This document shows, in pieces, positions 11,604 to 22,463 of a stretch of 64,000 nucleotides of DNA (positions within the stretch are counted from its first letter, which is position 1; each line of letters starts with the position of its first letter). Origin of the DNA: Gammaproteobacteria bacterium (lineage in GTDB: Bacteria; Pseudomonadota; Gammaproteobacteria; Ga0077536); NCBI GenBank assembly GCA_963662545.2, contig CAXXLL010000003.1, positions 2,496,001 through 2,560,000 on the forward strand. Direction: 5' to 3'. The notes below the pieces were generated by a model that was not told the DNA's origin, made no database searches, and saw only the letters and a list, made by a program, of their open reading frames with translations. A program made the translations under genes and the position numbers.

Positions 11604-13103
11604 ATGTACACCGTGGACCTATATCTGCGCGTTCGGCTGGCCTGCCATGTTGATGGTCTGAGCCAGCGAGAGGCGGCAAGTCGGTTTGGCATTGCGCGCG
11701 AGACGGTGAGGAAGATGCTGCGGCATTCGGAACCGCCGGGATATCGGCGACGCCAGCCACCGAAACGCCCGAAACGGGCCCCCTTCACGGATATCATCGA
11801 CCGTATTCTGGAGGAGGACCGAACGGTTCACCGTAAGCAGCACCACACGGCGAAGCGTATATTCGAGCGCCTTCGCGACGAACATGGCTTCACGGGCAAA
11901 GAGACCATCGTGAAGGATTACGTTCGGGAACGGCGCCTTCGTCGGCGTGAGATGTTTGTGCCGTTGTCACATCCTCCGGGCCATGCTCAAGCGGACTTTG
12001 GCGAGGCGGATGCGATCATCGCCGGCGTCAAGTATCGGGCGCATTTTTTCGTCATGACACTTCCCCACAGCGATGCCTGCTTCGTTGCGGCCTACCCGTC
12101 AGCGACGACGGAGGCCTGGCTGGACGGGCACAACAGAACCTTCGCCTTCTTCGGCGGTGTTCCCCGATCGATTCTCTACGACAACGACAAGTGCCTGGTG
12201 TCGCGCATCTTGCCGGATGGCACGCGACAACGAACGCGAGCGTTCAGCGGACTGCAGTCCCATTACCTCTTCGAGGACCGTTACGGCCGTCCCGGCAAGG
12301 GCAACGACAAAGGCAATGTTGAGGGGGTGGTTGGCTACGCCCGACGGAACTTCATGACGCCGCTTCCCCGGTTCGCGAGCTGGGACGCCTTCAACGCTTA
12401 CCTGGAGGAACAATGCCGCAAACGGCAAGACGACGTCCTGCGCGGCCACCGCGAGAGCATCGGCGAACGGTTTGTGCGTGACCGCGAAGCGTTGAAGAGG
12501 CCACTGCCGGCACCGTTCGACGCGTGCGACAGGCAGGGCACGCGGGTCAACTCGCTGTCCCTGGTGCGCTACCGGACGAATGACTATTCCGTGCCCGTCG
12601 CCTACGGCCATCAGGAAGTCTGGATCCGTGGCTATGTCCACGAGGTGGTTATCGGTTGCGGCGCCGGGATCATTGCCCGACACCCCCGTTCCTGCGACCG
12701 GGAAGATAGGGTCTTCGATCCGATCCACTACCTGCCTTTGCTGGAGCACAGGATCGGTGCCCTGGATCAGGCCGCGCCGCTAGCCGGATGGGAACTGCCT
12801 GATGCCTTCCCAACCCTGCGCCGTCTCCTGGAGGCGCGCATGGGCAAGGCCGGCAAGCGGGAATACGTCCAGGTCCTTCGGCTTCTGGAGACCTTCGATC
12901 TCGAGGTGCTTCACGGCGCGGTGAAGGACGCCCTGCGCCTGGGCGCGCTCGGCTACGACGCCGTCAAACACCTTGTGCTGTGCCGTATCGAGCGACGCCC
13001 GCCCAAACTCGACCTGGATATCTATCCCTACCTGCCTCGGGCCAACGTGGCGACCACGGCCGCCGCCAGTTATATGAGCTTGTTGGGTGGAGGCGCGTCA
13101 TGA
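11604..13103 (+). CDS. istA: IS21 transposase IstA
   Basis: HTH N-term, AQADFGEA, ILYDN, KGNVEGVVGYARRN. Confidence 0.93.
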   Translation: MYTVDLYLRVRLACHVDGLSQREAASRFGIARETVRKMLRHSEPPGYRRRQPPKRPKRAPFTDIIDRILEEDRTVHRKQHHTAKRIFERLRDEHGFTGKETIVKDYVRERRLRRREMFVPLSHPPGHAQADFGEADAIIAGVKYRAHFFVMTLPHSDACFVAAYPSATTEAWLDGHNRTFAFFGGVPRSILYDNDKCLVSRILPDGTRQRTRAFSGLQSHYLFEDRYGRPGKGNDKGNVEGVVGYARRNFMTPLPRFASWDAFNAYLEEQCRKRQDDVLRGHRESIGERFVRDREALKRPLPAPFDACDRQGTRVNSLSLVRYRTNDYSVPVAYGHQEVWIRGYVHEVVIGCGAGIIARHPRSCDREDRVFDPIHYLPLLEHRIGALDQAAPLAGWELPDAFPTLRRLLEARMGKAGKREYVQVLRLLETFDLEVLHGAVKDALRLGALGYDAVKHLVLCRIERRPPKLDLDIYPYLPRANVATTAAASYMSLLGGGAS

Positions 13104-13870
13104 CCGATACGCCGCAAGTGTTGCTGGCCCATCACCTCAAGACCCTGAAACTGCCGACGTTCCTGCGCGAATACGACAAGCTGGCCCGCCAATGCGCCAC
13201 CGAGGGCGCCGACCCTGTGCGGTATCTTGTCCGTCTGACCGAGTTGGAACTGAGCGACCGTGAGCGCCGCATGGTCGAGCGGCGGAGCAGACAGGCCAGG
13301 TTCCCCGCCGTCAAAAGCCTCGACAGCTTCGACTTCAAGGCCATCGCCTCGCTCAACAAGATGCTGGTTCTGGAGTTGGCGCGATGCGAATACGTAGAGC
13401 GTCGTGAGAATATCATCGCGCTCGGCAACAGCGGAACCGGCAAGACCCATATCGCCCTCGGTCTCGGTCTGGCGGCCTGCCAAAAGGGGCTCTCCGTCGG
13501 CTTCATCACGGCCGCCGCCCTGGTTCATGAACTGATGGAGGCCAGGGATGAAAAACGCCTGTTGCGCCTGCAGAAGCAACTGGCAAAGTATCACCTTCTG
13601 AGCATCGACGAACTCGGCTTCGTGCCGCTCTCGAAGACCGGCGCCGAGCTGCTGTTCGAAGTCTTCAGCCAGCGCTACGAGCGGGGCTCGATCATGGTGA
13701 CCTCCAACTTGCCGTTCGATGAGTGGACGGAGATATTCGGCTCGGAACGTCTGACCGGGGCTTTGCTGGACCGCCTGACCCACCCTGTCCATATCCTGGC
13801 AATGAACGGCGAGAGCTATCGTCTCAACCAAAGCCAAAAACGGCGGAAATCCCCAAATACGCCTGCTTGA
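13100..13870 (+). CDS. istB: IS21 helper ATPase IstB
   Basis: GNSGTGKTH, IDELGFVP, LLDRLTH; ATGA overlap with istA. Confidence 0.93.
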   Translation: MTDTPQVLLAHHLKTLKLPTFLREYDKLARQCATEGADPVRYLVRLTELELSDRERRMVERRSRQARFPAVKSLDSFDFKAIASLNKMLVLELARCEYVERRENIIALGNSGTGKTHIALGLGLAACQKGLSVGFITAAALVHELMEARDEKRLLRLQKQLAKYHLLSIDELGFVPLSKTGAELLFEVFSQRYERGSIMVTSNLPFDEWTEIFGSERLTGALLDRLTHPVHILAMNGESYRLNQSQKRRKSPNTPA

Positions 13871-14337
13871 CCACCGAACTCAAGGTTGACCCGGTGGGTC
13901 CACAGGAACCTCCCACGCTGCTTCGCTCCGCGTAACGCAAGCGCTACACGAAGCAGCGCGGGTCCCTCCTATGGACTACCGGGACAACCCCCCCAACACT
14001 GCGTACCGCATAACGTTAAGTGGACTGGTTTTGCTCCGCCCGGGTGGACTAATTTTGCTCCGCCGTTGACAAAAGGCGTCCAAGATGAAGAAAGTATCGG
14101 AAATATGCTACCGATTCTACGATAGAAGACACGAAATGATGCTACTCAATGAGGCCTATCCCCATGTTGCGTTCGCATGCCTTATAGACCGCTATAAAGG
14201 CTCCGAAAAACAATTCGATCCTAAAGTTCACAGAGGAAAACTTCATGATCTTGGGACGAGCAGACAAAACTTTGACGGGGCTCTGTGCGACATTGATGAA
14301 TGTTGGCCGGATTGAGCGCGAAAACTTATTAACCCCG

Positions 14338-14688
14338 CTATGCTTCATAATATTTTCTTCGTTCACGCTCATTGTGAAATGCTAAAGCCATCTCAGCTAC
14401 AAGCCAGATCGTAAAAGCCAAAGCCCATACTAGGCAGCCCGAGTCAAAATGCAGGAACGGCCACCAAGCGCCAGCAGCCATAGCGAGACAAATACCTAAG
14501 CCTACGCAATCCCCGAAGCTCGGCGGGAGCTCCTTCAGCCAATAAATCAACACTGCCCACAAAAGGCTCATGATAAAAAGCAAATACCCAAAGAACGCAG
14601 CATTTTCCCCGCTAGAAAAACCACCGATAAGCTGAAGGACCACCCCCACACCACCTACAATCCCACCGAACCAAAGTGCTTTACGCAT
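14338..14688 (-). CDS. Small multi-TM hypothetical protein
   Basis: GGAGG RBS before MRKALWFGG; four hydrophobic segments. Confidence 0.45.
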   Translation of the reverse strand: MRKALWFGGIVGGVGVVLQLIGGFSSGENAAFFGYLLFIMSLLWAVLIYWLKELPPSFGDCVGLGICLAMAAGAWWPFLHFDSGCLVWALAFTIWLVAEMALAFHNERERRKYYEA

Positions 14689-14715
14689 ACCTCCTCCATT
14701 AAGATGTAAGGCTGC

Positions 14716-15000
14716 TTGGAAACCATCTTTTCCCTGGCTATTTGGGCAGCAATTATATTTTTCGCTATAACCGCCTACGAGAAAATTTTCCAAGAATGGA
14801 CCGGGTGGGTTTACCCCTCAAGCGCTAACCTCATGCATGATATAAACATAGGAACCTACTCCTCTCTGGAGGAGTGCAGAGGAGCAGCCCTAGATGAAAT
14901 ATCTGACCACCCGGAGTGGGAAAGCCCTGACTATGAGTGTGGCTTGAATTGCGAGCCCAGCGGATACGGGATCAACGTCTGCAAAAAGACGCTTCGTTAG
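14716..15000 (+). CDS. Small membrane-anchored Cys-containing hypothetical protein
   Basis: N-terminal TM, WTGWVYP, SLEECR, YECGLNC..C. Confidence 0.55.
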   Translation: METIFSLAIWAAIIFFAITAYEKIFQEWTGWVYPSSANLMHDINIGTYSSLEECRGAALDEISDHPEWESPDYECGLNCEPSGYGINVCKKTLR

Positions 15001-15444
15001 TTCTCGCCCTGCGACAGCCAGAAATGAGGGATTGACTCCCGCCCTGCTTGCAAGTCTCTTAACACCACTGAATGGAACTCAATGCACTAGCTACTGCGCC
15101 GGCCATATAGTTCCTCCCTGGCGTCTAAGCCTAACTCCTGAACTGGAGTATTAACGTGGCTATGGCAGCTTGACTTACCCATCCTCCAGGGGCATGAAAA
15201 ACATCCGTGTAATCGCGCGCTATCTCTTCTGAGAACTCCTGCATGAAAGTCCTGACGCCCGGGCCTATCACACCTTGGAGCAATTCATACCTGTAGCTGA
15301 CGAACCCATCAGCATAGATGTTCTCACCAGGCTGCGCGTACTGCTGGGCATGACCAAGACCAGCAAACGCGATAAGGATAAGCACCCTCATGACGCACAG
15401 GGGAAACGCCTACTGCTTCTTTTCAACCCCTATGTATTAGCTTC

Positions 15445-15786
15445 ATGTTAAATGTATATTTAATCCTTATGAAAACCACGATTTTAATGGTTGCGCTCGC
15501 CTACATCGTCGGCGCAGAGGCCGGATGTGAAGTCGATATTTCTGAGTACGTTGGTTGGCAGATTCAATCCTCCGGCACTGTCACAGGATATATTGACGAA
15601 AAGGGGGAAGAGATAGACGAATTCGAAGGCTGCGACTATGGGCGTGTCTTAATCATTGATTATTCCTCGACCGTTACTTGCGAAGATTACGGTTATTCAT
15701 ACGCATACATGCCTGACATAGTGATTATGTCTAACGGACCTAGATCTGAGGCCTGCATCGACGGAGACATGTACGACATTCGGTAG
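15445..15786 (+). CDS. Small secreted hypothetical protein
   Basis: Signal-like N-terminus (AEA), four Cys, acidic. Confidence 0.55.
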   Translation: MLNVYLILMKTTILMVALAYIVGAEAGCEVDISEYVGWQIQSSGTVTGYIDEKGEEIDEFEGCDYGRVLIIDYSSTVTCEDYGYSYAYMPDIVIMSNGPRSEACIDGDMYDIR

Positions 15787-16053
15787 CCCTTGACCCCCTC
15801 AAAACCCTCACCTATGGGGACTATACGTGCGTAACAACGCCTACGTTTCGAAGGGTTACAGACCCCCCAATTAAAGCGATGGATCAATCCTAGGATGCTG
15901 CAAAATCAGGGGGAGCAGTCCGGCTTATTAAGCAATCGTACCCAAACCGCCATTTGCATAACGACTGCGTTTCCCTCGATAGTAGTGGGCGCGTTAGCGG
16001 TGTGAGATTGGCTTCAAAGTTCGTCCGACGCTGGCAAGAGCCCTACCCTCACA

Positions 16054-16170
16054 GCTGTCCGTCCGTCACAGCTCTATCGCCATAGGAAAAAGGGTTCTAT
16101 AGAGAAGTAAGTTAATTGAGATGGTTTCGCTGATCACACTTCAACGATGAGCTGTTCTCCCGCCATGAGC
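16054..16170 (+). repeat. ~115-bp direct repeat, second copy at 20460-20571
   Basis: GCTGTCCGTC..TCTATCGCCATAGG.AAAAGGG.TCTATAGAG.AGTAAGTTAATTGAGAT..TTTCGCTGA..CTCCCGCCAT at both places. Confidence 0.75.
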
Positions 16171-16369
16171 GCCATTGGAGCTTTCGTAATACTGTCGTCG
16201 CTCTTTCCTCTCCAGAGCTTTGACCTTGGGCGAGAGTTTCTTGATGTTTGGTTAGCTCCTTGGTCTGCCCCCGTTGAGTGGTCCAGTTTGATCGTTAGTG
16301 CATGATCATAGGTCGGATCTTATAAGCCGTTGAAAAGAGGGAACCAAAAGCGCTCCATCCGATCAGATC

Positions 16370-17716
16370 ATGAAATCAACACCAATCGACTTCGTGATCT
16401 GGGAGTATCGGATGAAGCACAGCGAAATTAGCACAGTGAGCCGGCAGTTAAAACGCACGCTAGGCGAGCGTACGCTCAACGACTTGGGGCGTGCAACGCG
16501 ATTCTGTCGCCGAGAAAGGGAGGTCACGCCGTTCCGTTTAGCGGTAAGCCTAATCGAAAGCTTCGCCGGGCACTCAGCGAGCTGTATCGCTGATATTCAA
16601 CGCGCTTTCAATGCGCTGTGCTCGACCACGGTGCGCTACAAACCGTTTCATAATCAGCTCGCCAAAAAACAGTTTCCGATGTTTATGCAAGCGCTGCTAA
16701 GCGAATTGCTCAATGGCCTGGCCTGCGATGTCCTCCGATTCGAACCCAACAGCCCATTTGCGCAGTTTGACCACATCCGCATCCAGGACGGCACCTCGTT
16801 TGCGTTAAAACCGGCGCTGAAGGACAGCTTTCCCGGTCGCTTCACGACCGTGAGTCCCGCCGCGGTAGAGCTCCATGCCGATCTCGACCTGCTCAGTGAG
16901 ACCCTGAACGAGGTCGTACTCAGCCCTGACAGCTCAGCAGAGCGGCAGTTCTTGCCGGCCGTTGAAGAGGTCGCTGGTGGTTTGCTGCTGGCCGACCGTG
17001 GCTACTTCGCGCGGCCTTACTTTGAAGCGCTCGACACCGCCGGCGGCTATTTCATCGTGCGCGCGGGTCAAGGTATCAATCCGCTGATCGTTGCCGCTCG
17101 TCGCGCCGATGGGCGGCGGGTCAAACGCTTTGACAAGCAGCGATTGAAAGCGGTGGCATCGACCTTAAAGCGCTTCGATTGCCTCGACATGGCCGTGCAA
17201 TTCGACGGCGTGCAGGGACCCTGGACCTGTCGTTTAGTCGTGCACCCCAACCTTAAAAAAGGTGCAGCACCTCGTTATCTCATCACCAATCTCGACGCCA
17301 CCACCTTTACGCCCGAGCATATTAGCGACGCGTATCGATTACGCTGGCAGGTCGAGCTGCTATTCAAAGAGTGGAAGTCTTACGCCAATCTACACGCCTT
17401 TGATACCGCCAACCCGCACATCGCCGAAGGGCTTATCTGGGCCGCACTATGCGCCGCAACGCTGCAGCGCTATTGCGCTCATGTCACCGAGCGCTGGTTG
17501 AACGTCGCCATCTCGACTCATACCGCGGCCAAGTGCATTCATCACGTGCTCGGTCCCATTCTCCATACGCTTATCCATCGGCCCCGCTCTTTACACCGAC
17601 CGCTCGAACACGCGTTGCGCTATTTGGCCAGCAACGCTCAGCGCGCAAAACCTGACCGCGATTGCATTTCGGGACGACTCAAGCTCGGCCTTCAGCATGT
17701 TCATGCGGCCGCTTAA
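16370..17716 (+). CDS. IS4-family transposase (element ~16305-17731)
   Basis: IQDGT, LADRGYF, Y.LRWQVELLFKEWKS (YREK); IR-like TCATAGGT../..ACCTATGA. Confidence 0.9.
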   Translation: MKSTPIDFVIWEYRMKHSEISTVSRQLKRTLGERTLNDLGRATRFCRREREVTPFRLAVSLIESFAGHSASCIADIQRAFNALCSTTVRYKPFHNQLAKKQFPMFMQALLSELLNGLACDVLRFEPNSPFAQFDHIRIQDGTSFALKPALKDSFPGRFTTVSPAAVELHADLDLLSETLNEVVLSPDSSAERQFLPAVEEVAGGLLLADRGYFARPYFEALDTAGGYFIVRAGQGINPLIVAARRADGRRVKRFDKQRLKAVASTLKRFDCLDMAVQFDGVQGPWTCRLVVHPNLKKGAAPRYLITNLDATTFTPEHISDAYRLRWQVELLFKEWKSYANLHAFDTANPHIAEGLIWAALCAATLQRYCAHVTERWLNVAISTHTAAKCIHHVLGPILHTLIHRPRSLHRPLEHALRYLASNAQRAKPDRDCISGRLKLGLQHVHAAA

Positions 17717-17863
17717 GAACTAACCTATGAATGCATGATAGGCCTTGTATCTTGATGGTTGCGTAAGCTTCCCTGTCAAGTTATGGCGTTGGCTTCGCGA
17801 TTTATGGAGAATAGGTGGCGACTGACGTGTTAACTAATTTTCTAGAACAATAGACGGGGAGGT

Positions 17864-18619
17864 GTGTCAAGAAGTGGCAACTTAGAGACGATGAGCAAGA
17901 GCAATGGCGACTGGGCTGAACGCAAGAATCTACAAATCACCGAGTTGGCGTCGGTCACCGAATTCGCTGGAGAAATCCTTCCACAAGGAGAACGAACGAT
18001 CGAAGGGTCTCGTTTGCATGGCACCGCTCTACTCACCCATAGCCTTGAGCTCTCTCGCGGCATCCGGAGGTGTATGGAAGATGGGTTGCCCGGAGCAGCC
18101 ACTGCTTTGGCGCGCGCTCAGTATGAAGCTGCGCTGAGGGGGCACATTATTCTGCATGAAATCGAGCTCGATGAGCTCAACTCGATTCTGAGCAGAGTGG
18201 CACGATGGATAGAGAAACGGGAAGAGGGACACGGCCGCAAGGGTCCACCAAAGATCGAACTGGACCGTTATAGATGGCGGTGCGTTGTTGGCGCACTCGG
18301 GGGCACGCAGGGTTACGTTACCGACTGGCAAGACTTAAGAATAGAACCCGCGAAATTGTACGTAACTTCCATTGCAGATATATCCATGCTGCATGATTTG
18401 ACTCATTCTGGATTCACACAATCCGTCCAGATGCTGAACGCTGAATCAGAAATTGGACCCCACTATAGTGAACGAAATCAGGCGCTGTTGCTCCACTTCT
18501 CTATCCGTACGGCCATGTTCGCCGTAATGACGTGGCCCGGAATGGAGGATAAATTCGCCGCCAGAATAGAACGAAAAGTCGAATCCCTACGCGAAACCGT
18601 CTCTTCGTGGGAGTTGTAG
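17864..18619 (+). CDS. Hypothetical protein
   Basis: 251-aa ORF with GGAGG RBS; AxALARxQYE and HxxTH motifs; family not identified. Confidence 0.6.
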   Translation: MSRSGNLETMSKSNGDWAERKNLQITELASVTEFAGEILPQGERTIEGSRLHGTALLTHSLELSRGIRRCMEDGLPGAATALARAQYEAALRGHIILHEIELDELNSILSRVARWIEKREEGHGRKGPPKIELDRYRWRCVVGALGGTQGYVTDWQDLRIEPAKLYVTSIADISMLHDLTHSGFTQSVQMLNAESEIGPHYSERNQALLLHFSIRTAMFAVMTWPGMEDKFAARIERKVESLRETVSSWEL

Positions 18620-18749
18620 ATAACATCAGCGCCGCATCCTCGCCCGTCCTGAACGGTTCTACGACCCAAGAGTGCCATCCAATTGTCCTTGCTAATCAAA
18701 TAACCGCAATAACTACATAGGTTGAGATTGTTTGGGTCGACATTGTCCG

Positions 18750-20135
18750 GAGTTATTGTCAAAAGTGGTGTTCAGGCGGTTGAATCAAGCGGCGACCTGA
18801 TTGACCCTTGTCACCTCGATACCATCTTCAAATTTAACTCCAGTAATCACCTTGGCCAGATAGTCGAATCCACGTAGGCGTCGCCAATTCTTCTGCGCAC
18901 ACCGCCCCAGCTTGAACATCATATGGAGCATGCCGTCCCGAGAGAGACAGCCCTTGGAGCGCCGGGTCCGGTGCCGGATCGTAGCGAAGGTGGATTCAAT
19001 CGGATTGCTCGTGCGAATGCTTTGCCAATGTGGTGCCGGAAAATCATAGAACGCCAGCAACTCCTCACGGTCTTTCTGTAGGCACAGGGTCGCCTTGGGA
19101 TACTTCGGTTCATAGGTCTTGAGGAACAGCTCGAACGCCTTCTCGGCGTCGGCCTTTGTCGCGGCCTGCCAGATCGCGTGCAGGGCTTGCTTGGCTTTGG
19201 CCTGTGCCGACTTCGGTAGGCAGTTCAGCACGTTCATCGTCTTGTGCATCCAGCAGCGTTGCTGGCGGGTCTCACCGTAGACTTCCTCCAGTGCGGCCCA
19301 GAAGCCCATGGCACCGTCCCCGATCGCCAGCTTGGGAATATTCATCCCGCGTGACTTCAATTTCAGCAACACCTCGCGCCAGCTCTGCGTGGACTCCCGC
19401 ACACCATCCTCCATCGCCAAAAAACGCTTCTCGCCTCGCTCATTGACGCCGATCACCACCAACGCACACAGCTTCGTGTGCTCCGCCCGCAGGCCACTGT
19501 AGACACCGTCCGCCCACACATACACCCAGCGGTCCTGGTCCAATCGCCCCTCGCACCAGTCGCGGTATTCTTGCGCCCACACCTGCTTCAAGCGCGACAC
19601 GGTGCTCGCCGACAGGCCCTTCGCCTGCGGCCCCAACAAAACTTCCAGCGCAGCGCCCATTTCGCCACTGGAAACGCCCTTCAAATACAGCCACGGCACG
19701 GCCGCCTCCAGGGTTCTTGTCTTGCGCACATACGGCGGCACCAGCGCTGAACGGAAGGTCACCGGCTCGCCGAGCTTCGAACGAACCTTCGGGATCCTCA
19801 CCGTCACCGGCCCCAAGCCCGTCTGCAACTGGCGTTCCGGCAAATAGCCGTTGCGAACCACACCTGCTTTGTCGTCCGCCGTGCGATGTCCTGAATACTG
19901 CGCCATATATTCTGCCAGCTCGATTTCAACCGCTCGTTCAATCAGAGCCCGAGCACCGTTTCTCAAGACCTCCGTCAACGGATCTGGTATTCCTTCTCGA
20001 CCTGATAATTCAACAACGTTACTCTCTCTCATGGTGGCGTATCCTCTTTGGTTGGCTTGCTGCTTGGTAACAACATTTCAACCAGATACGCCGCCTTTAT
20101 TCAACTCGCTCAAACACCAGATTCAGTTATAACTC
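18750..20135 (-). mobile_element. IS256-family element with 9-bp target duplication
   Basis: IRs GAGTTAT../..ATAACTC; CATTGTCCG at 18741-18749 and 20136-20144. Confidence 0.95.
18785..20032 (-). CDS. IS256 transposase
   Basis: RNGY, VWADGV, IGDGAMG, QRCWMHK, RTSNPIES. Confidence 0.95.
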   Translation of the reverse strand: MRESNVVELSGREGIPDPLTEVLRNGARALIERAVEIELAEYMAQYSGHRTADDKAGVVRNGYLPERQLQTGLGPVTVRIPKVRSKLGEPVTFRSALVPPYVRKTRTLEAAVPWLYLKGVSSGEMGAALEVLLGPQAKGLSASTVSRLKQVWAQEYRDWCEGRLDQDRWVYVWADGVYSGLRAEHTKLCALVVIGVNERGEKRFLAMEDGVRESTQSWREVLLKLKSRGMNIPKLAIGDGAMGFWAALEEVYGETRQQRCWMHKTMNVLNCLPKSAQAKAKQALHAIWQAATKADAEKAFELFLKTYEPKYPKATLCLQKDREELLAFYDFPAPHWQSIRTSNPIESTFATIRHRTRRSKGCLSRDGMLHMMFKLGRCAQKNWRRLRGFDYLAKVITGVKFEDGIEVTRVNQVAA

Positions 20136-20281
20136 CATTGTCCGGCATCAGACTAGTCATGCAGAAAACGCATTTGTCGAGCGTGCATTCGCACCATACG
20201 CAACCAATGTCTTCTTCATTGAGTACATGGTACTGAGTCCACATTCCGCGCAATCCTACAATGAGATGTCCAGCCCGATGG

Positions 20282-20460
20282 CTATAGACCATTTTCTGCC
20301 AAGCTTTCAGGGACTGGCGGACGCTTGTTTAGGGCCTGAGGTGGGCGGACGTGGTTGCATTGTTTAAGCCCGACGTTGATGGCGGCTTGAGCCTGTTTGG
20401 TCGTTGAGAACCACTCAGCATTGAGGATTTCTTTTCTGAGTGTGATGTTGAAGCGTAGGG
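20282..20460 (-). pseudogene. IS3-family orfB C-terminal remnant (another remnant ~20820-20970)
   Basis: FN.TLRKEILNAEWF..N.VRP.QAL..RPP. Confidence 0.6.
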
Positions 20461-21183
20461 CTGTCCGTCGCAGATCTATCGCCATAGGGAAAAGGGCTCT
20501 ATAGAGTAGTAAGTTAATTGAGATCGTTTCGCTGACCATGCTTCAAAGATGAACTGCTCTCCCGCCATTAGTCCCAGAGCTCACCAAATCGCTGCCATTA
20601 GGACATCTCTAAGATTGACGCTCTGTGTGCTCGTTTTTAAGAGCTCCTAATCTCGCGCAATTGGTGAGCTTTGGCGTACAGTGCAGCTTTTACGCTTTTT
20701 GTCGTGTCCGTCATCGAATAAGTTGAGGCCGATTCACATTTTCGTTAATGAAGACTTTGGTTTGTCGGTCCCCTGATTAGTTTAAAGGCACGCAGCAGCT
20801 TTCGCATGTCAACTCGATCATCGAGGCAGGGCGGAACGCGTACAACGAAAAGCGGCCGAAGAAAGGACTCGGCGGCTTCACGCCTTCCCAATACGCGAGG
20901 CAATTGGCAACGAAGTTGGATACAGTAACCGCCGGACTCTAATTCCAGACGCTGCTAAAGAAGGGGGCATGCTTGAACTTCTTGACGGCTCTGTAAATAA
21001 CTCAGTTGATCACCCCGCGCAAATGCGCAAAATGCAACCGTCGGCTCTAGATTACATTGGATGATCGTTGGGGAACACAGCAAATCGTATCGACATCCTG
21101 ATCGTTCCAGGCTTTGGTCAGGGTTTCCAGCAATGGATCGATCGGCATGGTTGTAATCCCGTTGAAATTGGTAAGATCATGCA

Positions 21184-21621
21184 ATGCGCAAGGATCTCAC
21201 GGTTTCCGACCTCGGAGACTTATTGGAGCTTCCGATTCTCGCGACGCTCGCCACGCATCGTAAGGACGGCAGCATCCTACTCTCTCCCGTGTGGCACGAG
21301 TGGGCTGACGGTGGGTTTTCGATCTCGATCTGGGCGCAGGACATCAAGGCCAAGAATCTGGCGCGCGACCCCCGGGCTACCATCATCGTGGCGGAAAACG
21401 AACTCCCCTACCGCGGCATCGAGGTTAGCGGTAAAGCGACCGTCGAAGCCCTCCCCGATCTTATGCCGCTGGTGCGGCGCTTAGCGCAGCGTTATATGGG
21501 CAAAGAGGCGGGGCTCGCCTATGCTGAAACCTTCGCGGACGTCGCCCTCGAGCTTATAAGGCTCACGCCGGGCACCGTGAGGGCCTGGGATTTTAGGGAC
21601 GACCATGAGGAGACTCGATGA
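21184..21621 (+). CDS. Pyridoxamine 5'-phosphate oxidase-like (PPOX/F420-type) protein
   Basis: ATLAT.RKDG....SPVW, KAKNLARDPRATI, LAQRY, W-terminal motif. Confidence 0.85.
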   Translation: MRKDLTVSDLGDLLELPILATLATHRKDGSILLSPVWHEWADGGFSISIWAQDIKAKNLARDPRATIIVAENELPYRGIEVSGKATVEALPDLMPLVRRLAQRYMGKEAGLAYAETFADVALELIRLTPGTVRAWDFRDDHEETR

Positions 21622-22064
21622 TGAAACCAAAACTCGCAGACGAATATTTGCAGGTCGATCAGATGGAGTGGGAAGATTTCGCGGAGGATTTTCAAACCGG
21701 CGGGGTACAGTGGAAGCTGCTTCACGTGTCGCCCGAGATCGGTTCGTGGACCGTCGTGTTCCGGTGCCCGGCGGGCTCGACGTTCGCCCCTCACGTGCAC
21801 CATGGGCCCGCCGAAGGCTATATCTTCGAAGGCGAGATCGAGGTTCGCGGTGGTGAACGTATGGGCGGTACGACCGGCCGCGCGAACGGATATATCTACG
21901 AGGCCGCTGGCGCGATACACGATCGCACGACGATGACACAGGAGACGGAATTCATGCTGCAGTTGGTCGGTCCGGTCGGCTGGAAACTGGAGGACGGCAC
22001 GCAGCGCCCGCAAGGATGGGCGGAAGCGCAACAGCTATGGGACGAGCAAAAAGCTAGAAATTAA
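21618..22064 (+). CDS. Cupin-domain protein (ChrR/DAD-like)
   Basis: PHVHHG..E, YEAAGAIH cupin motifs; overlaps upstream stop codon. Confidence 0.85.
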   Translation: MMKPKLADEYLQVDQMEWEDFAEDFQTGGVQWKLLHVSPEIGSWTVVFRCPAGSTFAPHVHHGPAEGYIFEGEIEVRGGERMGGTTGRANGYIYEAAGAIHDRTTMTQETEFMLQLVGPVGWKLEDGTQRPQGWAEAQQLWDEQKARN

Positions 22065-22223
22065 ACTCTGCACCGATGGTCAGAAAATCGACGTCGGTAT
22101 CGTCGTCGCCGCCCCTGCCCCCCGTCAGCGCCCTTGAGACAGATTTGGGTTATTGAATAACGGAGGATTTCTGTCTTATACGCGCTGACGACAGAGACTG
22201 ACAAGCAGCAGCCGTGCGGCAGG

Positions 22224-22463
22224 CTAACGAAGTTTCCGAAGGGAGCTCACTGACGGGAACAGCTCGCCCACCTCGACATGCAGTGCCGTGGCGATTCGAA
22301 CAAGATTCAACACGGCTACATTCCTTTCTCCGCGTTCGACACCCCCAAAGTAGGCACGGTCCATCCCAATCTCAGCGGCAAATCCTTCTTGCGAGTAGCC
22401 CTCGCGGCTGCGCAACTCGCGTATTTGAGCGCCGATTGCAACCAGTTGGGGGTGCTTTGGCAT
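22224..22463 (-). CDS. XRE-family HTH regulator (C-protein-like)
   Basis: SQEGFA..IGMDRAY.GGVERGERN. Confidence 0.88.
   Translation of the reverse strand: MPKHPQLVAIGAQIRELRSREGYSQEGFAAEIGMDRAYFGGVERGERNVAVLNLVRIATALHVEVGELFPSVSSLRKLR

Larger units (their letters stand above)
11490..14071 (+). mobile_element. IS21-family element
   Basis: TG..CA ends with imperfect IRs (TGAGAACGGCGGTGACAAATTAGTCCAC / GTGGACTAATTTTGCTCCGCCGTTGACA); no target duplication. Confidence 0.92.

Noticed and set aside
15430-15460. TTCATGTTAAAT as chromosomal dif
   Set aside because: Only a partial XerD-like arm; no XerC arm at 6-bp spacing.
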